From Octopus vulgaris (lineage: Eukaryota): a DNA stretch of 64,000 nucleotides. The stretch covers positions 13,640,001-13,704,000 of the forward strand of contig OX597842.1 of NCBI GenBank assembly GCA_951406725.2, in the 5' to 3' direction. This document shows positions 1 through 20,954 of this stretch, in pieces. Both the position numbers and the translations under genes were made by a program. Position 1 is the stretch's first letter. Each line of letters begins with the position of its first letter. The notes beneath the pieces are model-generated. The model saw nothing but the letters and a program-made list of their open reading frames with translations, made no database searches and was not told where the DNA came from.

Positions 1-253
1 AGGTCAAGTTGCGACCCTAGACAGTCTGTGGTTTGTGTTTCTGATTCTCGACCCCATGTCGAATTTATTGATCTTTTTCAGAACTGGGGGAACCTTTCAA
101 AATTTTCGCTGCGTTAGTTTTGAATTATGACATTGGGCTATGTGTGTGTCAAGTTTCATCAGAATCGGTTGACAGCCGTGGTCAGGGTGAGGGTACAACA
201 TGACAGACACACAGACACACACACAGACAAACTGCCGTTTATATATAGAGAGA
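1..253 (-). mobile_element. Non-autonomous Helitron-like element, partial (cut by window start)
   Basis: Near-identical to 56570-56822 and to the reverse complement of the start of 27067-27436; ends ...TATATAGAGAGA|T, i.e. A|TC 5' end on the minus strand. Confidence 0.75.
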
Positions 254-328
254 TACAGTTTTTACGACATGATCAACATTTGATTGCCATGCTAGATGTT
301 ACTTTGTACTTGTATATTTAGAACTAAA

Positions 329-1105
329 CTAGCAGTATCGCACGGCGTTGCCCGGGTTTGTTTCGACCCTTTAGAATTGAAATTTTTTAAAAGTAAAAGT
401 TTTGCATTATGTAGCTTGTTATTCTCTTTAAGTGAACATTTTTCTGGTTGAAATACACCGAAAAATAGCGACACAGCAGTAAAAAAACCCGTAAAATATA
501 GGGATTTTCATAGAAAAAAGCACTTTTTTTATGTAAATAATTTTTGGTGTTGACATGGTCTGATTTGAATTTTTTCTTCTATGGAAGGAAGAGCAAGCCT
601 TCTTCTATCAGACTCTCAATTTTGATCAACTTGCACCACAGAGGAGATAGTGTTAGTTGAAGGCTGCCAAACCTGCCATACACAATCAACTTCAGCTTTA
701 TATAGAGAGAGATCTATTTACTAGCAGTATTGCCCGGCGTTGCTCGGGTTTGTTTCGACCCTTTAGAATTGAAATTTTTAAAAAGTAAAAATTTTGCATT
801 ATGTAGCTTGTTATTCTCTTTAAGTGAACATTTTTCTGGTTGAAATATACCGAAAAATAGCGACACAGCAGTAAAAAAAATTGCAAAAAATAGGGATTTT
901 CATAGAAAAAAAGCACCTTTTTGATGTAAATAATTTTTGGTGTTAACATGGTCCGATTTGAAATTTTTCTTCTATGAAAGGAAGAACAAGCCTTCTTCTA
1001 TCATACTCTCGATTTTGGTCAACTTGCGCCGCAGGGTCTCAGAGGAGATAGTGTTAGTTGAAGGCTACCAAACCTGCCATACACAGACAACTTCAGCTTT
1101 ATAGA
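329..1105 (-). mobile_element. Two tandem non-autonomous Helitron-like elements (329-712, 721-1105)
   Basis: Each begins A|CTAG followed by the GC-rich subterminal motif (cgcccggcgttgctcggg-like) and ends GA|T, giving TC...CTAG between A and T on the minus strand. Confidence 0.75.
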
Positions 1106-1138
1106 TTATCCAAGTTCTAAGTTTTATATATTGTCCAT

Positions 1139-1269
1139 TCTTCTTCATCTTCTTCTTCTTCTTCTTCTTCTTCTTCTTCTTCTTCTTCTTCTTCTTCTTC
1201 TTCTTCTCCTTCTCCTTCTTCTTTTCTTCTTCTTCTTCTTCTTCTTCTTCCCCCTACCCCTCTTCCTCC

Positions 1270-1300
<31 letters not shown>

Positions 1301-1333
1301 CTTTTTCTTCCTCCTCCTCCTCCTCTTCTTCTA
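1139..1333. repeat. (CTT)n microsatellite
   Basis: Directly visible; ends about 50 bp before the first LRR exon acceptor. Confidence 0.95.
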
Positions 1334-1380
1334 CTAACGTGTTCCATACAAGTTCTTCTTAGCCAAACTTTATCTTACAG

Positions 1381-1452
1381 GATATTGTCGAATAATGTCA
1401 TCAAAGAAATGAGAGCAGATGCTTTCCAGAATCTTCCCCGTTTAACATTACT
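1381..1452 (+). CDS. LRR-LU gene exon 1 in window, one LRR (ILSNNVIKEMRADAFQNLPRLTL)
   Basis: ttacag| 72 bp |gtaagt, phase 2-2, fits the typical 24-aa LRR consensus LxLxxNxIxxLxxxxFxxLxxLxx. Confidence 0.93.
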
Positions 1453-1493
1453 GTAAGTAGAATCAGTCTTTTTGATAGTAATTCATTGACGAT

Positions 1494-1526
<33 letters not shown>

Positions 1527-1572
1527 TACACACACACACACACATACACCCACATATATATATATACAATAA

Positions 1573-1801
1573 GGCGGCGAGCTGGCAGAAACGTTAGCAC
1601 GCCGGGCGAAATGCGTAGCCGTATTTCGTCTGCCGTTACGTTCTGAGTTCAAATTCCGCCGAGGTCGACTTTGCCTTTTATCCTTTCGGGATAGATTAAA
1701 TAAGTACCAGTTACACACTGGGGTCGATGTAATCGACTTAATCCGTTTGTCTGTCCTTGTTTGTCCTCTCTGTGTTTAGCCCCTTGTGGGTAGTAAAGAA
1801 A
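1573..1801 (+). mobile_element. SINE family B
   Basis: ggcggcgagctggcagaa...gagttcaaattcc (B-box-like)...gccccttgtgggtagtaaagaaat; many other copies in the window. Confidence 0.85.
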
Positions 1802-1919
1802 TATATATATACAATTTAAAAATAGGATAAAAATCTTCATAAGAATTTATCAAGTAGTTAACATGAAAAACCTCATAAGAGAAAAAACCCCTCAATTTTT
1901 TCACTTAAATATATTTATT

Positions 1920-1921
<2 letters not shown>

Positions 1922-1998
<77 letters not shown>

Positions 1999-2019
1999 TA
2001 TATATATATACATATATAC

Positions 2020-2095
<76 letters not shown>
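1922..2095. repeat. (TA)n microsatellite (another at 2392-2453)
   Basis: Directly visible. Confidence 0.95.
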
Positions 2096-2097
<2 letters not shown>

Positions 2098-2389
2098 GTA
2101 AACGTTAAAAAAACACAAACTGGGACAGGAACGTGAAACATTTAGAAGACGACAAAAAAACACACAGACGGGACTTTCGAAGCTCTCAGTCATCAGTCAA
2201 GAACCAGATCATCTTCGCAATTTCGGCTGATTAATCTTGAGATTGCTCCAATCTGGGCAGCCCACCAAGGGAAATCTAAGCCAATCGCATTAGATTCCTT
2301 GGAAGAAAACCTCGAAAGTATACAACACGGTGACGGAAAAACGGACGATGTTACTCGAAAAAAAATTCAAAAATACGTAAAAACAATAA

Positions 2390-2458
<69 letters not shown>

Positions 2459-2804
2459 TCGCCATGTTGATTCGCTAGCTTCTTCACGCATTTTTTTCTC
2501 TCCTTGTTTCTTTTCTATGTATCTTTCTGTTGAAGAGCGTAGGCTCGAAACGTTAAGGACTTGTTTTATTTCTATTCCTAAGCGCCATACTAATACAATT
2601 GTTTGTTTGTACTCCACCTGCCTTCGCCTTTTGTTTATTTTCATAATGCTTCCCGTTATATATATCTTGGGCAAGTGTCTTCTCTTTTTCCTGATTTCTT
2701 CAGATTGTCTTATTCCTGTATCCTTCCTTAGTTCTTTGATTCTTCTCTTACCTTATACAATTTACCTGACCATCATTGCCGCCATCATTATTATCGACGC
2801 TTGG

Positions 2805-3496
2805 TGTGGAGACGCAATGGCCCAGTGGTTAGGGCAGCGGACTCGCGGTCACAGGATCGCGGTTTCGATTCCCAGACCGGGCGTTGTGAGTGTGAGTGTT
2901 TATTGCTCGAAAACACCTAAAAGTTCCACGAGGCTCCGGCAGGGGATGGTGGTGATCCCTGCTGTACTCTTTCACCACAACTTTCTCTCACTCTTACTTC
3001 CTGTTTCTGTTGTACCTGTATTTCAAAGGGCCGGCCTTGTCACTCTCTGTGTCACGCTGAATATCCCCGAGAACTACGTTAAGGGTACACGTGTCTGTGG
3101 AGTGCTCAGCCACTTACACGTTAATTTCACGAGCAGGCTGTTCCGTTGATTCGGATCAACCGGAACCCTCATCGTCGTAACCGACGGAGTGCTTCCATCC
3201 ATATTGAGCGAAAACACCTAAAAGCTCCACGAGGCTCCGGCAGGGGATGGTGGTGATCCCTGCTGTACTCTTTCACCACAACTTTCTCTCACTCTTACTT
3301 CCTGTTTCTCTTGTACCTGTACTTCAAAGAGCCGGCCTTGTCACTCTCTGTGTCACGCTGAATATCCCCGAGAACTAGGTTAAGGGTACACGTGTCTGTG
3401 GAGTGCTCAGCCACTTACACGTTAATTTCACGAGCAGGCTGTTCCGTTGATTCGGATCAACCGAACCCTCATCGTCGCAACCGACGGAGTGCTTCC
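2805..3496 (+). mobile_element. tRNA-derived SINE family A with a tandem headless second copy
   Basis: A box TGGCCCAGTGG and B box GGTTTCGATTCCC; the body is repeated from about 3203. Confidence 0.88.
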
Positions 3497-3879
3497 TATT
3501 ATCGACGCCTTCACCATTGTCCTCCTCATCGCCATCCTATCCTCCTAATTTTCTTTTATCTTTCTCAGTCCTCAACAGCATCAAATTCATCATCGTCCTC
3601 TTCATTATCATCCCCATCCATTACCATAAAACTCCTCGATCGGATGAACAATAGCCAACACCTTCATCATCATCATCGCCAGCATCATCGTCATCAATAT
3701 CATATTCCTCACCACTACAAAACAGGCTAATTCCAATGATTATGAGAATGACCCCTATTTAGATCGACACCTCTCACCCACCCCGCCCCCGAGCCATAAT
3801 CTGAGAAGTAAGCTCCTTGTTATCATTCACTGCTGCCACATCTTATACCCTTCCGCCTCACCATCGAAATAAACTCTGC

Positions 3880-4309
3880 CACCACCACCACCACCATCAC
3901 CGCCACCGCTGACGCTGACGCTGACGCCGCCGCCGCCGCCGCCGCTGACATTGACGCCACCTCCATCGCTACCACCACCACCACCACCACCGTCGCCACC
4001 GCCACCACCAGCAACACCACCACCACCACCACCGCCACCGCCGCCGACGCTGACGCTGACGCTAACGCCGCCGCCGCCGCCACCTCCATCGCTACCACCA
4101 CCACCGCCACCACCGGAGCCACCACCACCACCACCACCTTCACCACCACCATCGCCGCCGCCACCACCAGCAACACCACCACCACCAACTTCCACCGCCG
4201 CCGCCGCCTCCTCCATCGCTACCACCACCACCACCGACACCACCTTCACCACCACCGTCGCCGCCGCCACCACCACCACCCACACCGCCAACAACCACTC
4301 CATTACCGC

Positions 4310-4367
<58 letters not shown>

Positions 4368-4370
4368 GTC
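3880..4370. repeat. Compound (CAC/CGC/CAT)n microsatellite
   Basis: Directly visible; source of the poly-Pro/Gly/Val ORFs. Confidence 0.9.
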
Positions 4371-4497
4371 AAATTCATCGTCTTCGTAATCTACTTTCTC
4401 TCTCTCTTTCCTCTTCTAATTCTTTATCCATAATATTTCCTCTTCTGTCACAAATTTCTTCCGTACAAGTTCCTCTTCACTCAGTTTTATGTTTCAG

Positions 4498-4569
4498 GGA
4501 ATTGGGTGATAACAACCTCAACGAAATCAAGACAGGAACATTCAAAAGTCTTCCAAGTTTAACAACTCT
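4498..4569 (+). CDS. LRR exon 2 (ELGDNNLNEIKTGTFKSLPSLTT)
   Basis: tttcag| 72 bp |gtaagt, phase 2-2, LRR consensus. Confidence 0.93.
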
Positions 4570-4609
4570 GTAAGTTGAATCAGTTTTTCTTTATAGTACT
4601 TCATTGATG

Positions 4610-4970
4610 GTGGAGGCGCAATGGCCCAGTGGTTAGGGCAGCGGACTCGCGGTCATAGGATCGCGGTTTCGATTCCCAGACCGGGCGCTGTGAGTGTTTA
4701 TTGAGCGAAAACACCTAAAGCTCCACGAGGCTCCAGCAGGTGGTTGTGGTGATCCCTGCTGTACTCTTTCACCACAACTTTCTCTCACTCTTACTTTCTG
4801 TTTCTGTTGTACCTGTATTTCAAAGGGCCGGCCTTGTCACTCTCTCTGTCACGCTGAATATCCCCGAGAACTACGTTAAGGGTACACGTGTCTGTGGAGT
4901 GCTCAGCCACCACGTTAACAGGCTGTTCCGTTGATCGGATCAACCGAACCCTCATCGTCGTAACCACGCT
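4610..4970 (+). mobile_element. SINE family A
   Basis: A and B boxes; flanked by a duplicated tacttcattgatg (probable TSD). Confidence 0.88.
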
Positions 4971-5182
4971 TCTACTTCATTGATGACATCTGTTCCGTTG
5001 ATCGGATGTATGTAATGCCTTCATCTCCTCCATTTGAAGCTCTCTCGCTTGCCTTTCTTTATAGTATTAAATGTTAAATGATTGCGTCTTCGCTATTGTT
5101 TATCTCAATGATATTTTGACAAAGAGCAAGTCAGTGGAGAGACACTTCGAAGGTATTGAAAAAGTATTCGGAAAAATAAATA

Positions 5183-6012
5183 GGTGTAGGAGTGGCTGTG
5201 TGGTAAGTAGCTTGGCGGCGAGCTGGCAGAAACGTTAGCACGCCGGGCGAAATGCGTAGCCGTATTTCGTCTGCCTTTACATTCTGAGTTCAAATTCCAC
5301 CGAGGTCGACTTTGCCTTTCATCCTTTCGGGGTCGATTAAATAAGTACCAGTTACGTACTGGAGTCGATGTAATCGATTTAATCCGTTTGTCTGTCCTTG
5401 TTTGTCCATTCTGTGTTTAGCCCCTTGTGGGCAGTAAAGAAAGAGGTAAGTAGCTTGCTTACCAACCACATGGTTCTGGGTTCAGTCCCACTGCGTGGAA
5501 TCTTGGGTAAGTGTCTTCTAGTATAGCCTCGGGCCGACCAATGCCTTGTGAGTGGATTTGGTAGACGGAAACTGAAAGAAGCCCATCATATATATAGGCA
5601 TAGGAGTGGCTGTGTTGTAAGCAGCTTGCTTACCAACCACATAGTTCTGGGTTCAGTCCCACTGCGTGGCATCTTGGGCAAGTGTCTTCCGCTATAGCCA
5701 CGGGCCGACCAATGCCTTGTGAGTGGATTTGGTAGACGGAAACTGAAAGAAGCCTGTCGTATATATGTGTATATATGTATATGTGTATGTGTATGTATAT
5801 GTTTGTGTGTCTGTGTTTGTCCCCCTAGCATTGCTTGATAACCGATGCTGGTGTGTTTACGTCCCCGTCACTTAGCGGTTCGGCAAAAAGAGACCGATAG
5901 AATAAGTACTGGGCTTACAAAGAATAAGTCCCGGGGTCGATTTTCTCGACTAAAGGCGGTGCTCCAGCATGGCCACAGTCAAATGACCGTAACAAGTAAA
6001 AGAGTAAAAGAG
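5183..6012 (+). mobile_element. Nested SINE cluster: family B (about 5215-5443) inside family C, then a full family C copy
   Basis: Family C head ggagtggctgtgtggtaagtagctt is interrupted by B with ggtaagtagctt duplicated; the second C ends ...aacaagtaaaagagtaaaagag. Confidence 0.85.
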
Positions 6013-6059
6013 AATACAGGTTTAGATTAGCAGAGGCACAATGTGAATTTTTGATGAAA

Positions 6060-6830
6060 TAAAATCAAACAGCTCGGTCAAGTAATCGACAAAAGGGGGC
6101 GAAACCAGACCCTTCAAGTGCGACGACAATACGGAATATGCTTTCCCTAATAAACGTCAAATTGTTACAAGCATTTTTAGATTGGTAATCTACTATCGAG
6201 TATATATCTCAAACGTACACAACATAAGTGCTCCACTGAACGAGCTGTTAAAAACGGATACCAAATGGTTTGTGGAGGCGCAATGGCCCAGTGGTTAGGT
6301 GTTTCGCTCATAAACACACACATCACCCTGTCTGAGATTAGAACCTGCGATCCCTCGACCGCGAGTCCGCTGCTCTAACCACTAAGCCATGTGCCGCCGC
6401 ATTATATATGGCATAAAAAATTCCGCAGCTTTATACATGTTGGATGGTGTAGACTACAAACAAACCATCACCCATTGCTAACGAGTTTTGGATCCAAGAA
6501 AGGCATTCCAGTACATTCAGCAAATGGGTTGCAGCGATGAGGCACCATATTATTAAACTACGACTTCGCAATGGAATATTTACCTTCGAAAACGTTAGGA
6601 CAAGTTGACGGCCTAAACAAGTTAATACCCAGAAATGGTGGACCATTTGAGGATGCAGTAATAGCATCCTTAAGAGCCGAAGGGGAAATTAAACACATAA
6701 CGTGGAACATTGTACAAGTGTTATCAATAACTCTGTAGGAGACGAAGTGATACGCATCGAAAGTTAATTTTATTAATGAAGGAAAAATCTTTGTGGTCAC
6801 CTAGTGAGAAGGAGAAGATAGTCAAAGACT
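6060..6830 (+). mobile_element. Decayed Ty3/Gypsy pol remnant (RT connection and RNase H)
   Basis: Fragments translate to NVKLLQAF..YYRVYISNVHNISAPLNELLKTDTKW and FGSKKGIPVHSANGLQR*GTILLNYDFAMEYLPSKTLGQVDGL; stops and frameshifts present; SINE fragments inserted at about 6272-6398. Confidence 0.8.
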
Positions 6831-6848
6831 ATATAATATACATTCAAC

Positions 6849-7182
6849 AATATAAAGAATGGCCATAATAGGCCATTCGACTCACTAGACAGAGCAGCCA
6901 AACTCAAACCGCTAAATAGTTGTAATTCTGAAATTGAAAGAGAAATAAAAACATTTACCCTTTTCATCTCTGGACTATGCATTGTTTCGACAAACTTTCG
7001 TAAACAAATTAATTAAATTAAATTAAATTTATTTACAACTGGCGTGTCTCATCAGCAGAGAATCCGAGGACGAGTAATGGTTTTATTTCTCTTTCAATTT
7101 CAGAATTACAACTATTTAGCGGTTTGAGTTTGGCTGCTCTTTCTAGTGAGTTGAATGGCCTATTATGGCCATTCCTTATATT
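6849..7182. repeat. Inverted repeat, arms 6849-6950 and 7081-7182
   Basis: 102-bp arms are reverse complements with about 3 mismatches by eye. Confidence 0.93.
6967..7061 (-). ncRNA. Type I hammerhead ribozyme motif (Penelope-like/retrozyme style)
   Basis: Minus strand: TCTCTG-CTGATGA-GACA...TGTC-GAAA-C-AATGCATA-GTC^CAGAGA; 6-bp stem I, 4-bp stem II with AT-rich extension, minimal stem III with palindromic loop. Confidence 0.85.
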
Positions 7183-7289
7183 TTCTTTAGGTGACCACAA
7201 AGATTTTTTCGCCCCCTGTTTGATTTTTTTCATCAAAAATTCACATTTTTCCTCTGCTAATCTAAACCCGTATTCTCTTTTACTTTTTC

Positions 7290-7804
7290 TCTTTTACTCT
7301 TTTACTTGTTTCAGTCATTTGACTGTGGCCATGCTGGAGGACCGCCTTTAGTCGAGCCCAGTACTTATTCTATCGGTCTCTTTTTGCCGAACCGCTAAGT
7401 TATAGGTTCGGTAAGAAAAAAAACACACCAACAGATAAACATATGGAACATGCGACTGCGTACTGATGTATGCCCAAAAGGTAATGATATTGGAGACACT
7501 ATAAAAAAGAATTTTGAAAGAATTCCACATAGGCGTGGGAGTGACTATGTGGTAAGTAGCTTGCTTACCAACCACATGGTTCCGGGTTCAGTTCCACAGT
7601 GTGGCACCTTGGGCAAGTGTCTTCTACTAAAGCCTCTAGCCGACTAAAGCCTTGTGAGTGCGTAACTGGTACTTATATAATCGACCCCGAAAGGATGAAA
7701 GGCAAAGTCGTCCTCGGCGGATATTTGAACCCAGAACGTAACGGCAGACGAAATTCGGCTAAACATTTCGCCCGGCGTGCTAACGGTTCTGCCAGTTCGC
7801 CACC
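7290..7804. mobile_element. SINE fragments: C tail (-, about 7290-7400), C head (+, about 7531-7660), B (-, about 7659-7804)
   Basis: Match to the family B and C copies elsewhere in the window. Confidence 0.8.
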
Positions 7805-7937
7805 TTTTCATCATTATCATCATCATCATCGTAATCTCTCTATGTCTTCAATCATCCAGTTGTTTAGCCATAATATTTAATGTTCAGTCACAGATCTGTT
7901 CCATAGAAGTTGTTCTTAACTCAATTTTATGTTGCAG

Positions 7938-8009
7938 GTCATTGTGGGGGAATGCTATCAAAGAAATCAGTGCAGAAACCTTCCAAAATCTTAAAAGTTT
8001 ATCAACTCT
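7938..8009 (+). CDS. LRR exon 3 (SLWGNAIKEISAETFQNLKSLST)
   Basis: ttgcag| 72 bp |gtaagt, phase 2-2. Confidence 0.93.
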
Positions 8010-8067
8010 GTAAGTCGAATCAGTCTTGTTTATGGTATATCATTCACGACAGATTTCTAAATATTCG

Positions 8068-16540
<8,473 letters not shown>

Positions 16541-16654
16541 CCTTCATCTACAATCCGTCTATTCCATCATCTAATCGTTTAGCCGTAATATTTAGAATTC
16601 TGTCACAGAATTCTGTTCGTTAAAAGTTGTCTTTCACTCAATTTTATGTTCCAG

Positions 16655-16726
16655 GAATTTGCGGAATAATATTATCGCGGAGATCAAACCAGACACCTTC
16701 CAAAGTCTTTCCAGATTAAAGATTCT
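16655..16726 (+). CDS. LRR exon 4 (NLRNNIIAEIKPDTFQSLSRLKI)
   Basis: ttccag| 72 bp |gtaagt, phase 2-2. Confidence 0.93.
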
Positions 16727-16875
16727 GTAAGTTGAATCAGCTTTTTTTTTTCAAAGGTTTCTCATTCACGATAGATTTCCAAATATGTAATGACTTTATT
16801 TTAAGATCTGTCACACTTCTTGGCCTATGGCTATTCGTCTCACACCCGAGCTATTTAATTGGCCAACATTGACGC

Positions 16876-16894
16876 CATCATCATAATAACCACC

Positions 16895-16965
<71 letters not shown>

Positions 16966-16970
16966 ACTTC

Positions 16971-17022
<52 letters not shown>

Positions 17023-17233
17023 CCATCATCATCGTCATCATCATTATCATCATCGTCATCATACTTCACCACCACCACCACCACCACAATCATCATCATC
17101 ATCATCATCATCATCACCATTATCATCATCGTCATCGTCATCGTCATCGTCATCATCATCATACACCACCACCACCACCACCACCACCACCATCACCACC
17201 ACCACCACCACCACCAAAACCATCACCACCACC

Positions 17234-17293
<60 letters not shown>

Positions 17294-17412
17294 TTTATCG
17301 TCCTTATTTGTTATCTTTTTCATTCCATCATCAACATCGTCCATCGCCATAAAACACCCCGACCAGATGAACAATCTTCAACGCCATCATCATCATCATC
17401 ATCATCATCGTC
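16876..17412. repeat. Compound (CAC)n/(CAT)n microsatellite
   Basis: Directly visible. Confidence 0.9.
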
Positions 17413-17550
17413 GACAGAAACTTGAATATCCTCAAAGGCACACCCATCATCACTATATACACGCTAAGCCCCGTGATTATAGCAATATTCTCCTTTTACT
17501 ACACCCCCCACCATCATCAGAGACATAGTATAACTGTCATCAGTGCTACT

Positions 17551-18520
17551 ACCTATTTCTTTACTACCCACAAGGGGCTGAACACAGAGGGGACAAACAA
17601 GGACAGACACACGAATTAAGTCGATTGTATCGACCCCAGTGCGTAACTGGTACTTAATTTATCGACCCCGAAAAGATGAAAGGCAAAGTCGACCTCGGCG
17701 GAATTTGAACTCAGAACGCAACGGCAGACGAAATACCTGTTTCCTTATTACCCACAAGGGGCTAAACACAGAGAGGACGAACAAGGACAGACACACGAAT
17801 TAAGTCGATTGTATCGACCCTAGTGCGTAACTGGTACTTAATTTATTGACCCCAAAAGTATGAAAGGCAAAGTCGACCTCGGCGGAATTTGAACTCAGAA
17901 CGTAACGGCAGACGAAATACCTGTTTCTTTACTACCCACAAGGGGCTAAACATAGAAGGGACAAACAAGGACAGACAAACCGATTAAGTCGATTACATCG
18001 ATCCCAGTGCGTAACTGGTACTTAATTTATCGACCGCGAAAGGATGAAAGGCAAAGTCGACCATGGCGGAATTTGAACTCAGAACGTAGCGGCAGACGAA
18101 ATACCTATTTCTTTACTACCCACAACGGGCTAAACAGAGAGAGGACGAACAAGGACAGACACACGAATTAAGTCGATTGTATCGACCCCAATGCGTACCT
18201 GGTACTTATTTAATCGAACCCGAAAGTATGAAAGGCAAAGTCGACCTCGGCGGAATTTGAACTCAGAACGTAACGGCAGACGAAATACCTATTTCTTTAC
18301 TACCCACAACGGGCTAAACAGAGAGAGGACGAACAAGGACAGACACACGAATTAAGTCGATTTTATCGACCCCAGTGCGTAACTGGTACTTATTTAATCG
18401 ACCCCGAAAGGATGAAAGGCAAAGTCGACCTCGGCGGAATTTGAACTCAGAACGTAACGGCAGACGAAATACCGCTAAGCATTTCGCCCACCGTGCTAAC
18501 GTTTCTGCCAGCTCACCGCC
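17551..18520 (-). mobile_element. SINE family B concatemer (one head plus 5 units of about 179 bp)
   Basis: Repeated junction gacgaaatac|ctatttctttactaccc. Confidence 0.9.
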
Positions 18521-18686
18521 TTCATCAATGCTTCTACTGTATATATCCTCTTCCGCCTCACCATTGAATTCATCCCTAACACAGTCATCAGTATTACGAC
18601 CATCATCATCATCAAATACATCATCTTAATTTACTTTTCTTCTCTTCCATCATCTAATTGTTCAGCCATAATATTTAATATTCCGT

Positions 18687-19055
18687 GGTGGAGGCGCGAT
18701 GGCCCAGTGGTTAGGGCAGCGGACTCGCGGTTTCGATTCCCAGACCGGGCGTTGTGTTTATTGTGCGAAAACACCCAAAGCTCCACGAGGCTCCGGCAGG
18801 GGATGGTGGTGATCCCTGCTGTACTCTTTCACCACAACCTTCTCTCGCTCTTACTTCCTGTTTCTGTTGTACCTGTATTTCAAGGGGCCGGCCTTGTCAC
18901 TCTCTCTGTGTCACGCTGAATATCCCCGAGAACTATGTTAAGGGTACACGTGTCTGTGGAGTGCTCAGCCACTTACACGTTAATTTCACGAGCAGGCTGT
19001 TCCGTTGATCGGATCAACCGGAACCCTCATCGTCGTAACCGACGGAGTGCTTCCT
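18687..19055 (+). mobile_element. SINE family A inserted in the conserved pre-acceptor block of LRR exon 5
   Basis: TSD ttaatattcc at 18675-18684 and 19063-19072. Confidence 0.88.
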
Positions 19056-19123
19056 CCTCCTCTTAATATTCCATCACAAATCTGTCCCATACAAGTTCAT
19101 CTTAGCTCAGTTTTATTTTACAG

Positions 19124-19195
19124 GAATTTGGGTGGTAACAATATCAAAGAAATCAAAACAGGAACCTTCCAGCATCTTACTCGTTTAATATATCT
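19124..19195 (+). CDS. LRR exon 5 (NLGGNNIKEIKTGTFQHLTRLIY)
   Basis: ttacag| 72 bp |gtaagt, phase 2-2. Confidence 0.93.
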
Positions 19196-19274
19196 GTAAG
19201 TTGAATCAGTCTTGTTTATAATATTTCATTCACGATAATTTTCTAAATATGTAATATTTTCCCGTACTTCATTT

Positions 19275-19893
19275 TTGTTCCTTCTCGAGCCATCCCTGGC
19301 TCATAAAGGCCGGTTTCCCGGTTTCCTTGGTATATAGGTTCCCCACCTGGACAGGACGCCGGTCCTTCGCAGGTGAGCTGCAAGATGCAGGAGGCAAGAG
19401 TGAGAGAAAGTTGTGACAAAAGAGTCAGCAGAAGTTCACCATTACCTTCTGCCGGAGCCGAGTGGAGCTCAGGTGTTTCGCTCATAAACACGCACATTAC
19501 CCGGTCTGAGATTCGAAACCGCGATCCCTCGACCGCGAGTCTACTGCTCTAACCACTAGGTCATGTGCCTCCACACACACACACACACACATATATATAT
19601 GTTGTTTGTTGTTCCTTTTCGAGCCATCCCTGGCTCATAAGGGCCGGTTTCCCGGTTTCCTTGGTGTATAGGTTCCTCACCTGTCCGTCGCAGGTGAGCT
19701 GCAAGATGCAGGAGGAAAGAGTGAGAGAAAGTTGAGGCGAAAGAGTCAACAGAAGTTCGCTATTACCTTCTGCCGGAGCCGCGTGGAGCTTAGTTGTTTC
19801 GCTCATAAATAAACACATCACCCGGTCTGAGATTCGAACCCGTGATTCCTCGACTGCGAGTCCGCTGCCCTAACCACTCGGCCATATGCCTCC
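19275..19893 (-). mobile_element. Two copies of a family A-related SINE with a different 3' tail
   Basis: Minus-strand tRNA-like heads near 19570 and 19890; ccgtacttcattt on both flanks (probable TSD). Confidence 0.8.
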
Positions 19894-19998
19894 GTACTTC
19901 ATTTGTTCCCTCACCAGTTTCACTCTATACAATTACTCTCTCACTCTCTCTCAAGTGTGTGTGTTTTTGATCCTGAATGTCTGTGAATATGAGTGTAG

Positions 19999-20302
19999 GA
20001 CCCCGAAAGGATGAAAGGCAAAGTCGACCGCGGTGGAATTTGAACTCAGAACGTAATGGCAGACGAAATACCTATTTCTTTACTACCCACAAGGGGTTAA
20101 ACATAGAGGGGACAAACAAGGACAGACAAAGGAATTAAGTCGATTACATCAACCCCAGTGCTAACTGGTACTTAATTTATCGACCCCGAAAGGATGAAAA
20201 GCAAAGTCGATCTCGGCGGAATTTGAACTCAGAACGTAACGGCAGATGAAATACGGCTACGCATTTCGCCCGGCGTGCTAACGTTTCTGCCAGCTCGCCG
20301 CC
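19999..20302 (-). mobile_element. SINE family B, about 1.5 units
   Basis: Same internal junction as the other B concatemers. Confidence 0.85.
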
Positions 20303-20451
20303 TTAATTTTCATCATTATCTTCATCATATTCATCATACTCGTAATCTTCTTTCCCTCTCTTCCACAATCTAATTGTTTAGCCATGATATTTAATATTCA
20401 GTCACACATCTGTTCCATAAAAGTTCTTCTTAATTTAATTTTATGTTGCAG

Positions 20452-20523
20452 GTCAATTTGGGGTAATTATATCACAGAACTCAACGCAGAAACATTCCGA
20501 AACCTTTCCAGTTTATCAGATAT
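20452..20523 (+). CDS. LRR exon 6 (SIWGNYITELNAETFRNLSSLSD)
   Basis: ttgcag| 72 bp |gtaagt, phase 2-2. Confidence 0.92.
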
Positions 20524-20755
20524 GTAAGTTGAATAGGTCACTCATGGAGTCAGCCTAATTCGAAAATGGTATAATTTATTGGGTTACGGCTTTTAGGAGT
20601 AAAGTTGAAAAGGCGTGACACTCTGACACACAGACATTCATATTTGTTATATTGTAGATAGATTTCTAAGTGTGTAATACCTTCCTATATTCCCTTTTGA
20701 GCTTTCTCACCAGTTTTTCTCTATAATTTCACTCTCTCTGTCTCTGTCTGTCTGA

Positions 20756-20822
<67 letters not shown>

Positions 20823-20954
20823 CAAAACATGCTTGTGTTATTGTTTGCGAATATCCGTGAATGTGAGTGTAGGGCCATTAACGAGAGTTGGGATATATGA
20901 AAGTGTTATAACTGGAGAGAAACATTTGGTGCATACATGTCTTATATATATATA

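Noticed and set aside
2170-2200. Minus-strand CTGATGA...GAAA hammerhead candidate
   Set aside because: Stem II does not pair at its base and I found no matching stem I or cleavage site.
2805-2885. tRNA gene
   Set aside because: A and B boxes belong to a SINE head that continues into a shared body in all copies; no complete cloverleaf seen.
3823-4433. Pro-rich, Gly-rich and Val-rich ORFs
   Set aside because: Compound trinucleotide microsatellite, open in several frames on both strands.
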